Made by a program: the position numbers and the translations under genes. DNA of 64,000 nucleotides from Stegostoma tigrinum (Eukaryota), in NCBI RefSeq assembly GCF_030684315.1, contig NC_081391.1, positions 21,412,629 through 21,476,628 on the forward strand, read 5' to 3'. Below the pieces are notes generated by a model, which searched no databases, was not told where the DNA came from, and saw only the letters and a program-made list of their open reading frames with translations. Shown piece after piece: positions 14,788 through 29,700 of this stretch (position 1 is the stretch's first letter; the number at the start of each line of letters is the position of its first letter).

Positions 14788-16863
14788 ATGGGGTCAATAA
14801 TGTGTATGTTGTACATGGTGACATAATGCTAGTAACTTGGTTGTGCTCTGAGCAAATTAAAATAGTGTTCACCATGCAACTGAGTACTTTGCATAATTTC
14901 ACAGCTGCTTCTGGCTCTTGGTATTGCTGTTTGACACCTGATCATGAAGTGTTTTTCTGTTCTGATTAACCTTTGATTCAATGCCTGCCCCACTGGCTTG
15001 CTCCTTTTCTCTTGTTTGTAGGAATTAGGTGGGCAATCCTTGTAGTGGAAATTCCACAAGTGTTCAGTTTGGGTTTTTTTGGCTAGTAAGCAGTGTTGTA
15101 TTGACTTCTTTATTCCAAACCAGCTTCTGGTCAATATCTTCAGTGAAACCAGCCCCCTGTCTCAATGTTAGACACTGCCCTTGCAAATGTTTAGGTCTCT
15201 TTTGTAAATAAGCAGGGGCAGGAAATAGCAAGTTTGGGGAGCATCTGTGGAGAGAAAACTGTTCAGTCCCAGGACCCAAGCTTTCCAGCAATTTTGTTGT
15301 CGCACTTCAAATCTAATGATTTGAGCATACATTCACTCTTTTTGGAACAGGAATATATATAGCAGAACATCCAGCATTTCAGATGCACTGATCTTTAGCA
15401 TTTAGATAAGCAATTGTGTCCAGATGTGGGAAATTGGTTTCTCTCTTTTGCTGCGGTGGTGGAAGGAGTGAGGGCAGTGGCTGTTTGTAGGAGAATGGCA
15501 AAGTTTGTTTTCTTGTGTATCAGTCTCTCTGCTTCTAGACAATGATCCTGATTAGGTAATGAAGCAGTCCCCACCTTCGAGCCCCTGTGGTAGAACTTCT
15601 ATCACTTCTCTGCAGTCTAAGGACGCCAAATGCTCATGACACCAGGAGAAAATAAAGCTCGAACCCAAATGCCACTGGCAGAAAGCAGCAGTTCCTATTC
15701 TTAGCAAGGAAATAAGCTCTCCTGATGTAGATTGACTGACTGGAATGTACCTACACCTGCAGAGCACTCTGGCTGCCTAATTACTGATGCTCAGGGGTGA
15801 CAGATTCCTTTATAAAAAGGATGAGGATGTCTCTGAGCTGACACCATTTATCCATTTCCGATTGCCCCCCGCCAAAGCCAGGTCAGAGTGTCACGCTTTG
15901 CTGTGGTTGCAGTGTCATATGCAGGCCAGACTAAGTAAGGATGCATTTTTGACACTGAATTTAATGCTACTCATCAGTTTCTTAATTCTAGAACTCCAGA
16001 GAGTTGTTGCACAGAATTAGAAGATCAGTCCACCACTCCAGAAATGTGATGGCCTCCCGCTCCCACCAGCCACGAGATTCATTCTTTGCACCACTGACAC
16101 ACACAGAGTACACTGTGTACTGCCTCCCAAAAGCTGCAGAAATCCACCATCGCTCCTGAGACAATACTTTCCATAGCCCTAATTACGTGCCATGGGAGAA
16201 AAGCATCTGATACAGGGGAACACCACCCCCTCTAACGACTCCACCAAGCGACATGCCATCCTGAGTTGGAAACGTGACCCGCCATGCTCCAGGGTCGGTG
16301 GATCAGAATCCTGGAATTCCCTCACTCAGAACATTATGGATCTGACGACAGCAAATAGGCAACAGCAATTCAAGAAGGAAAGCCACCACATTCTCTCATG
16401 GTGAGCCTGATCTCAGACCGGGTCCAATACCTCGGGATGGGCCTTCTTTTGTGAAATTGTCAAGTCCTAGTTCAACCCCATCTGGAGTGCACTGTTCCAG
16501 TAGGTTCAATCCAAAGATGCTTATGCACAGAATTTCTGGAATGAACCTGGGCAGAAAGTTAATTGGCTACGATGATAATAGTTTTCCCAAGTCTCTCGGT
16601 GTAGAAGTGGAAGGGATGTCTGTGCTTGAAATTTACAAGTAGATTCATGGATTTGACAGGGTAGATAGAGAGATCCTGCTTCTTTTCAATCCCATTCCAG
16701 GACCGAGAGTGGGGAATATGATTACATTCCTAGTAGTAGAAGTAAATCATCCATGATAAAGCAAAAAACAGCTGCTTTTTGGAAAGGATAATATGTGAAT
16801 GAGCAGTTAGATATTTATTCGGTAAGATATTGATGTTGCCAATCACTTTCCCATTGCAACATA

Positions 16864-18007
16864 TGACCAAACAGGTTGATGTGGTGTATATGGATTTCGG
16901 CAAGGCTTTCGATTAGGCTATTGTACAAAATACGGAGGAATGGGATTGTGGGAGATATAGCAGTTTGGATCAGAAATTGGCTTGCTGAAAGAAGACAGCG
17001 TGGTGGTTGATGGGAAATGTTCATCCTAGAGACCGGTTACTCGCGGTGTACCGCAAGGGTCGGTGCTGGGTCCACTGCTGTTTGTCATTTTTATAAACGT
17101 AGAAGGATGGGTTAGTAAATTTGCAGACGACACGAAGGTCGGTGGAGATGTGGATAGTGACGAAGAATGTTGTAGGTTACAGAGAGACGTAGATAAGTTG
17201 CAGAGCTGGGCTGAGAGGTGGCAAACGGAGGTTAATGCGGACAAGTGTGAGGTGTTGTACTTTGGTAGGAGGAACCGGAAGGCAAAGTACTGTAAGATTC
17301 TTGGTAGTGTAGATGAGCAGAGAGATCTCGGTGACCATGTACACAGATCCTTGAAAGTTGCCACCCAGGTTGACAGGGTTGTTAAGAAGGCATACAGTGT
17401 TTTAGCTTTTATGAATCCAGGGATCATGTTCCGGAACCAAGAGGTTATGCTGCAGCTGTACAAAACTCTGGTGCGGCCGCACTTGGAGCATTGCGTACAA
17501 TTCTGGTCACCGCGTTATAAGAAGGATGTGGAAGTTTTGGAAAGGGTGCAGAGGAGGTTTACTAGGATGTTGCCTGGTATGGAGGGAAAGTCTTACGAGG
17601 AAAGGCTGAGGGACTTGAGGCTGTTCTCGTTAGAGAGAAGAAGGTTGAGAGGTGACTTAATTGAGACATATAAGATAATCAAAGGGTTAGACAGGTTGGA
17701 TAGGGAGAGCCTTTTCCCTAGGACGGAAACGGCGAGCACGAGGGGGCATAGCTTTAAATTGAGGGGTGAAAGATATAGGACAGATGTCAGAGGTAGTTGC
17801 TTTACTCAGAGAATAGTAAGGGTATGGAACGCTTTGCCTACAACGGTCGTAGATTCACCAACTTTAAGTACATTTAAGTCGTCATTGGACAAGCATATGG
17901 ACGTACGTGGAATAGTGTTGGTTAGATGAGCTTCAGATCGGTATGACAGGTCGGCACAACGTCAGGGCCGAAGGGCCTGTACTGTGCTGGAATGTTCTAT
18001 GTTCTAT
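16864..18007 (+). mobile_element. 5'-truncated CR1-clade LINE, same insertion site as 5079-6254
   Basis: 288-aa RT-fragment ORF 17063-17929 (FADD motif). AACATA flanks at 16858-16863 and 18008-18013. Confidence 0.93.
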
Positions 18008-19214
18008 AACATAAAAGATTAATGCATTTTGGTTGAGAAACATAGAAAGACAAAACAGGCTCGATGTTACAAATCTGAGGTGAGTACGGGAGCAGAGGGA
18101 CTTTGGGTTTCAAGTATGTGATTATCTGAAAGTGGCCGAGCGGGACTAACCTGCTGTGAAGAAGGCTTTTGTGAAATGTGTGTTTTCAAATAGATGCGGA
18201 GAGTATAAAAGCGAGGAATAGATGTTACACCTCCACAAATCATGGGTTAGACCACATTTGCAGTACTGTGTTCAGTTCTGGGCATGGTATTTAAGGAAGG
18301 ACATTAAAGCCCTCGACAGAGTTCAAAGGGCATTTACGAGAATGACACCAGGAATGAGGGATTTTAGATACAAGGAAAGATGAAGGAAATTGGGATAAAT
18401 CTCCTTGAAGCATAGTTGATTAAGAGGTGTCCCCGTTGAAGTGACAAAAATAATGAACATTCTGTCAGGGTAAAGGAGGATATCCTGTTTTCACCAGTTG
18501 ATACGGCAGTGATGAGGGGTCACAATTTGTCAGTAAGGGAGCTCTGAGATGAGGACAAACCTCTCTATTCAGAAGGTTGTTAGGATTTGGAATCTGATGC
18601 CTGGGAGAGTGGCGGAGGTAGATCCCATAGGTGGCTTCAAAACAAGAGCTGGATATATACTTGGGAGTGACGAATATAGAGGGTATAGGGCTGGAGAGGG
18701 GGACTAGGTGGGTAGCTCTTTCGGAAGCCGATACGGACATGATGGGCTGAATGGCCTCTGTCGTTAAAAATCCTCTGAATGTCCACCCAGGAACTTTTGT
18801 AAATTTTGGGTTTGTATTCCTCTCAGTCTTAAATGTCCAACCCAGTCCTCTTACATCAGGATACCCTGATCCTGGACTCCCCCATCATTGGGAACATCCT
18901 TCCTGTCCTTGCCCCGTCTGATCCTGTCACAGTTTTCTATGACCCAGAGCCAATTTGCCACCTTTCTGTCTCATATCCCAGCACAACAGGCTGAGAAACT
19001 GACACCTCTTCTTCATTGACTTCCTCGTGCAGTTTGTCACAACCACCTTAATTTAGAAACAAAATGTTAAAGCTTTTTTCAATTGCCAGTCATCATCAGT
19101 TCTGCCCTTCTCTGTGTCAGTGCGGGATGGCCCCCAGGAGTATAAATACAGAGCTTGTCGGGGAGCAACTCAGTTCTAGGGTGGTCTTGGTTTTAATGAA
19201 CAAGGCTAGTGATG

Positions 19215-21624
19215 ATGGCCTCCCAAGCGTGTCAGAACTACCACAAGGACTGTGAGGATGCTGTGAACAAACAGATCAACCTGGAGCTTTATTCCTCCTA
19301 TGTTTACCTCTCCATGGTGAGACTTGTGATCTTGAATGGTCTATTTCAGTGTTAGGGCTGTGATATGATTGTACTGATCCTTTAAGTGGCTTCTTGCTCA
19401 ATGATTTAGTACTACCATATATCTTGTCTGTTGTCCTTCCTGGAATGAATCCTGTGAGTGCTCTTAATGCTAATTCTGTCGCAATTTTAAGCTTGTCTTG
19501 TGTTGGAGCTGGCTCTTGTCTAGGAGTCCCCAGTATGTTGTAATTCTGGGCAGAGCACATTTTTGGTGCTGAGGGATGGCCTGGTTCTGCTTCTTAATTC
19601 AACTCCTCCTTCCATGTTGATATCAATGGCCCATTTATATTTGAAATCATTTACATCCTTGTGGAAGCTTGCATCAGTCCAAATCTAACTTTTTATATCT
19701 TGTCCTTTTAATGAAGCCTTTTTTTTAATAAACATCCTAACTGTGATTAACTACTGGAAATAAAAGACTAAAATGAGCTGCTGGAAAAGCTTAGTGGGTC
19801 TGGTAGGATCTGTGGTGAGAAATCAGTTCCTGTTTTTGGTCCAGTGACCTTTCCTTCATGGTTTTTAGTTGCTACTTATGAGGAGCAGACTTTTTCCACT
19901 CCCAAGATGGATTATCTGGAACAAAAATCAGTCACTGTCTCTTGTGCAGATGAGGTGTTAGGACAGTGGGGCTAAATCAGATGAGTGATGTTGGTAATGT
20001 GAGGAGCTCAGATTTCAGCTTCTCTTGGTCAACATGCACATGTCCCTTCGTTCTGTTGGACAATGCCCTGATTGGCTTCCAGCACTGGGTAATAGTGTTT
20101 CTGACCTGCAGTGCAGGGATGTCTAATGCCTGTTGCCAGCTGTGACCGTCACCGTGCACTGTCTCACCAAGTCACCGACCAGGGGTTGTAGCGGGTGCTA
20201 CTTAATCTTTATTTCTAGATGTTTGAACAAATGTCTGTCTAGTTTAGTTTATGGATGACCATAAATGTAAATACCTGTCTTCTTACTGTCCATCTAACTT
20301 CCATTTCGTGAGCAAAACCAAGCTGAATTGAGTGAAATTTACTTCCCATTTTGTCTGTTTGCAGTTCTCTCTCTTTGACCGGGATGATGTTGCCCTCCAT
20401 CACTTTGCTGAGTTCTTCAAGGAGCAGTCCCATGAGGAGCGGGAACACGCTGAGAAACTGATGGCATTCCAGAATAAACGTGGAGGCTGAGTCCTCCTGC
20501 AGGACATCAAGGTTGGATTCTGAGAATGTCTGTCTGTTTGCAGCTTTTTGAGCAGCTACAATCGACTGGTATCTCCATCTATTTAGCTTCAGGATTGATC
20601 AAATACTATGTCAAGGGCAAGTTGTTCACCAAAACAGGATTTGTTTAGGGAAAAGGGAAATACTTTGCATTTGTGACTCAATAGCAGAAGGCAATTCAGA
20701 TGATCCAGGCTACTGGATGGTGAGCACATGTCCCTGTATGTGACTCTATATGGACAAGGTGAGGTAACAAAAGGTAAGGCTGAGAACTTGCAGCTACAAA
20801 AAGCAGCAGCATCCAACCTCACTACATCCAGAAGAGGTTTGTAATGCCTTGGGACCATTCTGGTCACTACATCAAACAGTAAAGCAAGGGATTACTTCCA
20901 TTGCGACTGATTCTAGATACGACTTCTTTCAGAATTCACAGTAACAGTGAGATATGTTAACATTTCTTTATTCTCAGACCAGCATAAAATCTAGAGGGTT
21001 TTTGTATCCAAGTAAAATTTTTTGTCTGAATGTAACCCCTGGAAATGATGAGGGATAACTAACTGATCAGATGTAGACTAATGATACAACTGCCTGCTGA
21101 GCTGTGCTTTCTGTTCCTGCTTCCCTCGCTTCAGAAGCCAGAGCAGGATGAGTGCAGCAATGGTCTGGAGGTGATGCAGAGAGCTCTGCAGATGGAGAAG
21201 GATGTGAACCAGAGTCTGCTGGATCTGCACAAACTTGCCTCTGACCACATAGACCCTCATGTGAGGTTTTATCCCTTTCCTGGTAGAAAGTGATCTGTTT
21301 GTGTACTTCCAGGGTGGGGAATCCAATTATTTTTCTACCTGCCTCCTGCAGGATGTTTAAACAAAACCTTGTGAAGGCATCACTTGCATGCCCCTCCCCC
21401 ATAGGGAGGTGATGGTCACTTCTGTCATGGGAGGTCACTGACATTTTTTGATCCTTGTTGGATTAATTTTGTCTTCCAGCTGTGATTTCATGGAGAGGCA
21501 CTACTTGGATAAGTAAGTGAAGATGATCAAGAAGCTGGGAGATCACATCACCAACCTGAAGAGACTGGGAGCCCCTGACAATGGCATGGGAGAGTACCTG
21601 TTTGACAGGTTCTCACTCAGCTGA
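19215..21624 (+). pseudogene. Ferritin copy 4, pseudogene; exons 19215-19316, 20365-20511, 21135-21260, 21480-21624
   Basis: CGA>TGA stop at 20488-20490. 2-bp deletion at the start of exon 4 (CTGTGATTTC). CAA>TAA in the DEQ motif and W>C in exon 3. CCAAT region of the promoter deleted. Confidence 0.93.
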
Positions 21625-24012
21625 ATGGGGTCAATATCTATCTGTTGTACATGGTGACCTCATTCTACTAAATGACTAGTTGTTCTCTGAGCAAATTAAA
21701 AGAGTGTTCACCATGGAACTGAGTACAGTGTGTAATTTTCATAGCTTCCGGTTCTTGGAGGTTTTTTGTGTTTTAACATCTGGTAATCAAATCCATTTTC
21801 TGTTCTTTCTTGCAACCTTTGATTCAATGCCTGCCCCAGTAATTTGCTCGGTGTTTGCTTCTGCTGAGAGTCTGTAGGGATTGAGTGGGCAATCTTGTCC
21901 TTGGAAATGCCACAACTGGCAAATATCTGCATTGCAGACAATGCCAGAACAAAATCTGTCCTCAGCTTTCCCAGGACAATTTTTCAGGACCAGCTTCGGC
22001 TCAAAACCATGACTGAAATCTGTCCTGTGCCTAAACATTAGGCATTGCCAAGGCCCGTCCATTCATTCAATCTTCAGCATTTTTGGAAAAACCAAGCTGA
22101 CACTGGAAACCAGGAACAAAAGCTGCTGGGAAATCTCAGGTTTGGTAGTGAGAAGTGTTGAACAGAACCGGGACATGAGACACGTGTTTATCTCTTGAAT
22201 GATTTTGTTGCCAGGCCATGAGGTGTTTTCCACCTACTTGTTCTCTTGCTTAAATCCTACTGACTTTAATAGGTCACAAAATTCCTCATTACAAGGATAT
22301 AAAGTTGACCAATCGTGCAAGGTACACCTGCTTTTCTGCAACTGTTTACCATTTACATGTTTCCTGCGCTAGAGAATTGTTTCTCTCGTATGTCCTTTCC
22401 ATTCAGTAGAATGAAAGCTCTGCTTTCTCCCTGACAATGCTAATGACTATGGCCTCTATTAGGCAATGAAGCAGTGCCCACCTTCTAAAGCATCTGCTGT
22501 AACTCCTGTCCTTGCTCTGCAATGCAAAGGTGACAAATGCTGAGGACACCTGATGACAATAAAGCAAAAACCAAAATACCACTTGCAGAAGTCAGTAGTT
22601 CCAATTTCCTTTACATTTAATTGTGAAGAAAATCAGCTTTCTGATGTAATCTGGCCTCCATGTGGCTCCACACACGCTGCATTGGGTCTAGCTCATTGCT
22701 GTCAATCACAATTAGTCACTGGTTTCTAATGGATGACCACTGACAATTCCTTGACAGGATAAGGATGTCACTGACCAGGCAGCATTTATCCTCTGTCTGA
22801 ACTGCCCATGGGCCCATTAGTCAACTACAGTGCTTTAGGCTTGGTGTCATATACTGGCCAGACCAGGTAAGGATGGCAGTTTGGCAGTTCCCTTCCCTGA
22901 ATGACTTCAGTGAAAGGGATATTTTATTCAGACTAGGAATTGCATGCTCATTTTTAGGTTCATAATGCCCGAAGAGAGTTTTTCAGACAGAATCAGGACA
23001 ATGGGCCTCAGTCCCACACTCCAGAAGCTTAAGAGTTGCCAGCTCAGAGCAGCCACGAGATTCACTCCTTCCACCACTGACACACAGGGACTGCAATGTG
23101 TACTATCACCAAATGTTGTAGAAATCCACCAAAGCTCCTTAGACAACACCTTCCAAAGCCCCCATTACTTGCCATGGGACAAGGGCAGCAAATACATGGA
23201 GCACAACCGCCTCTAAGTTCTACACCAAGCCATTCACCATCCTGAATTGGAAACATGGTCCCATTCCCCTAGTGTGCTGGATCAGAATCCTGGAATTCCC
23301 TCCCTAACAGCATTGGGGATCTGCCTACACCAAATGGGCAACAGCAATTCAAGAAGGCAAGCCACCACATTCTCTCATCTAATGTTAGGCCTGATCTCTG
23401 AGGGTTTCAACTACCTCTGGCTGATGGTTCTTTTGTGAAATTGTCAAGTTCTAGCTCAACCACAGCTGGAGTGCTCAGTTCTAACAGCTTCGACCCAAAG
23501 ATGGTTATGCACAGAATTTCTGGAATGAACTTGGACAGAGAGCTGGTTCATTGATGATAACGGTTTGTCCCAGTCCCTCTGTGTAGAAGGTTCAGGGATG
23601 GCTGTGTTTGAAATTTCAAAGAGGATTAATGGATTTGACAGAGTGGACAGACAGAATCTGTTTCTTGTCTATGGTCATTGAGGACTGTGTGCAAAATAGG
23701 ATTATAATTTTCACATTACAACTAAATCATCCAGGATAGTGTCAAAAACAGCTTCTTTGTGGAGAAGATAATATGCGCACGTGCTGTTAGATATTTATTG
23801 GGTAAGGCTTGACTTTGACAATCACTTTCTAATTTCAACACTAAAAATATGTGAATAACACATTTTGTTTGAGAAACATAGAAAGACAAAACAGGCTCAA
23901 TGTTCCAAATCTGATGTGAGTACAGGAGCAGAGAGACTTTGGGTTTCAAATATGTGATTATCTGAAAGTGACCAGCCAAGATGATGCTGTTATTGAGAAG
24001 GCTGTGGTGAAC

Positions 24013-25204
24013 CAAGCATGTGGATGAGGGAAGGGCAGTTGACGTGGTGTACATGGACTTCAGTAAAGCCTTTGATAAGGTTCCACATGGTAGGCTATTG
24101 GAGAAAATACAGAGGCACAGGATTGAGGGAGATTTAGCAGTTTGGATTAGAAACTGGCTTTCTGTAAGAAGGCAACGAGTGGTGGTTGATGGAAAATATC
24201 CAGCCTGGAGTCAGGTCACTCGTAGTGTGCCTCAAGGATCTGCTTTAGGACCACTGCTGTTTGTCATTTTTATAAATGACTTGGACGCAGGCATAGGTGG
24301 ATGGGTTAGTAAGTTTGCAGATGACACTAAAGTCGGTGGAGTGGTGGACGGTGTGGAAGAATGTTGCACGTTGCAGGGAGACTTGGATAAACTGCAGAAT
24401 TGGGCTGAAAGGTGGCAAATGGAGTTCAATGCAGATAAATGTGAGTTGATTCAATTTTGGGTGAATAACAGGAAGGCAGAATACTGGGTCAATGGAAAGA
24501 TTCTTGGCAGTGCGGATGTGCAGATGGATCTTGGTGTCCATGTACATAGATCCCTGAAAGTTGTCACCCAGATTGATAATGCTGATAAGAAGGCTTACCG
24601 TGTGTTAGGTTTTATTGGTAGAGGGATTGAGTTCCGGAGCCGTGATGTCATGCTGCAACTGTACAAAACGCTAGTGCGGCCTCATTTGGAATATTGCGTG
24701 CAGTTCTGGTCACCCCGTTACAGGAAGGATGTGGAAGCATTGGGAAAGGTGCAGAGGAGATTTACCAGGATGTTGCCTGGTCTGGAGCGCAGGCCCTATG
24801 AAGAAACGCTGAGGGACTTGGATCTGTTCTCATTGGAGAGAAGTAGGCTAAGAGGGGATTTAATAGAGACATACAAGATGATCAGAGGATTAGATAGGGT
24901 GGACAGTGAGAGTCTTTTTCCGAGGATGATGACTTCAACTTGTACAAGGGGGCATAGCTACAAATTGCAGGGTGATACATTTAAGACATTTGTCAGAGGC
25001 AGGTTCTTTGCTCAGAGAGTGGTAAGGGCGTGGAAAGCCCTGCCTGCCAATGTAGTTAACTCAGCCACGTTAGGGGCACTTAAACAGTCCTTGGATAAGC
25101 ATATGGATGGTGACGTGATTGTGTAGGAGGTGGGGCTTGGATTAGCTCACAGGTCGGCGCAACATCGAGGGCCGAAGGGCCCGTTCTGCGCTGTATTGTT
25201 CTAT
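24013..25204 (+). mobile_element. 5'-truncated CR1-clade LINE with an uninterrupted 368-aa RT ORF (24020-25126); independent insertion
   Basis: DVVYMDFSKAFDKVPH, PQGS.LGPLLF and FADDTK motifs, TGTTCTAT tail. Interrupts the spacer motif GTGAACC|TTGTGTTTTC seen intact at ~10441. Confidence 0.93.
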
Positions 25205-27318
25205 GAGCCTTGTGTTTTCAAATTGAGGCATCGAGCATAAAAGCAAGGAATTGATGATACCCCTCTACAACTCATTGGTTAGACCACATTTGCAGTGATG
25301 TGCTCAGTTCTGGGCGTGGCTTTTCAGGAAGGGCATTCAAGCCCTGGACAGAGTTCAAAGGTGATTTATAATAATGACACCTGGAATGGGGAATTTCAGA
25401 CACACGGAAAGATTAAAGAAATTGCGCTTATTCTCCTTGGAGCAAGAAGCACTTGTTGAAGTGATCAAAATTATCACCAATTCTGTCAGGGTAAAGGGGG
25501 ATATTCTGTTTTCACCAGTGGATACGTTACTGACGAGGGGTCACAATTTGTCAGTGAGGGAGCTCACAGTGAGAGGAGGAGAAACCTCTTCACTCAGAAA
25601 GTTGGTAGGGTTTGGTATGCGTAGCTGACAGGAGTGATGGACGCAGATTCCACAGGTGGCTTCAGAAAAGCAGCTGTATACATATATGGAAGTGGCAAAT
25701 TTAGAGGGATACAGACATAGGGCTGGAGAGTGGGGCTGCGTGTGGAATGCTTTCAGAAACTGAATCAGGCACGATGGGCCAAATGGCCTCCTATCATTAA
25801 AAATCCTCTGCATGTTCCCCCAGGAAATTCTCAGAGTTTGGAGAGGGGCTTTGTACTCCTCTCAGTGGGCACCTGTACAAGGCACATTTAATGTGGGAAA
25901 GCTGTTACACATCAGCAGAGACATGGTCCTTTACACAAGGTAGACCCAGTTCCACTGGCAAAGAAATGTTGACTGGGGATCCCCCCACTGCTGACCTTCA
26001 CCCACCGTCACAGCCAACGATAGCACACGCCTATCTTCCACCTGGATGGCCGTTGGGAACTTGTTTTGCATTGCACTTTACCAGGACCCTCCCCTCGATC
26101 GTACCATCCTGGGTGGCCCTGCCAGGAGGTGAAATCCTCTTCAGGTATCACTCTCAGAACCAACAGAACACTCGAGGCTCTCCATCACTGCGTGGTGACA
26201 ATCCACAGGCAGGAGCTGGAGGCAGGGAGATGCTGCTCAGGTACAGACCCATCACAAAATCGGAGAATTGTTGTGGCACAGCAGGCGGCCATTCGGTCCT
26301 TTGTGCCTGCACCTGTTCTGGTTGTTTTCTAATTCTGCCTGTAGAGATGTTACAAAATCTCTGGATCTGGTATGGACTTGGACCAAGGCTTCCTGGTCCA
26401 CAGCTAGGGACATTACCCCTGCATCACAATACCCTGGCTGCACTGGTTGTACAAACTTAGAATCATCGAAAAAAAATTGTTGGATTCGGCCATTCAGCCC
26501 CCTCCAGACTGCTCTGCCATTCCATGTGATTGTGGCTGATTCCATAACTCAGTCCCATCTTCCCACTCTCTCACCATACTCTTTGATCCCTTCAGCCCTC
26601 AAAGCTGCACCCAACTGCTCCTGGAAAACATTCAAAGTTTTGGCCTCAAATGTTTTCTGTGGCAGAGAATTCCACAGGACCCCCACTCTCTCGGTGAAGA
26701 GATTTCTCCTCATCTCAGTCCTAAATGTGTACTTAGGCTGTGACCCCTGATCCTGAACTTTTCCATCATCAGGAACATCCTTCCTGTCTTTTCCACAGCT
26801 GACACTATGACAATTTTCGATGACCCCGAGCCAATTTCCCACCTTTCTTTCCCAAATCCCAGCACAACAGGCTGAGAAACTGACACTCCCCTTCCTCAAT
26901 GAGTCCCTTCTGCAGTTGATCACAACCACCATAATTTAAAAACAAAACGAGCAATCTTTTTTCAAACCATATTTACTTCTTTTAAAAAAGAACCAAATAA
27001 CACACGACCTGATTGAGTGGTGCAGAAGGTTTGAGATGCCGAATGGCCTCCTGCTGTTCCAATCACAGAATAACCATCCAGACCTGGCTCTCATCTCCAC
27101 CTCTGATCAGCTCTGCTTAACACACCCTCCCCCTCTCTCTCATTGGTGCCTACATCCAAGGGTCATTCCTGATTGGCCAGCAGCAACTGTCAGTCATCAT
27201 CAGTTCGGTCTCCCTCTGGGTGAGTGCCGGTTGTCTCAGGAGTAGAAACACAACAGCTTTGGGGATTGAGGCCTTTGTTCCAGAGTTGTCCTTGTGATTG
27301 TGAGCAGGAATAGTGAAG

Positions 27319-29700
<2,382 letters not shown>

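Noticed and set aside
24020-25126. 368-aa RT ORF as an autonomous LINE or domesticated gene
   Set aside because: It is 5'-truncated with no endonuclease, ORF1 or promoter, which is typical of a young dead-on-arrival copy.
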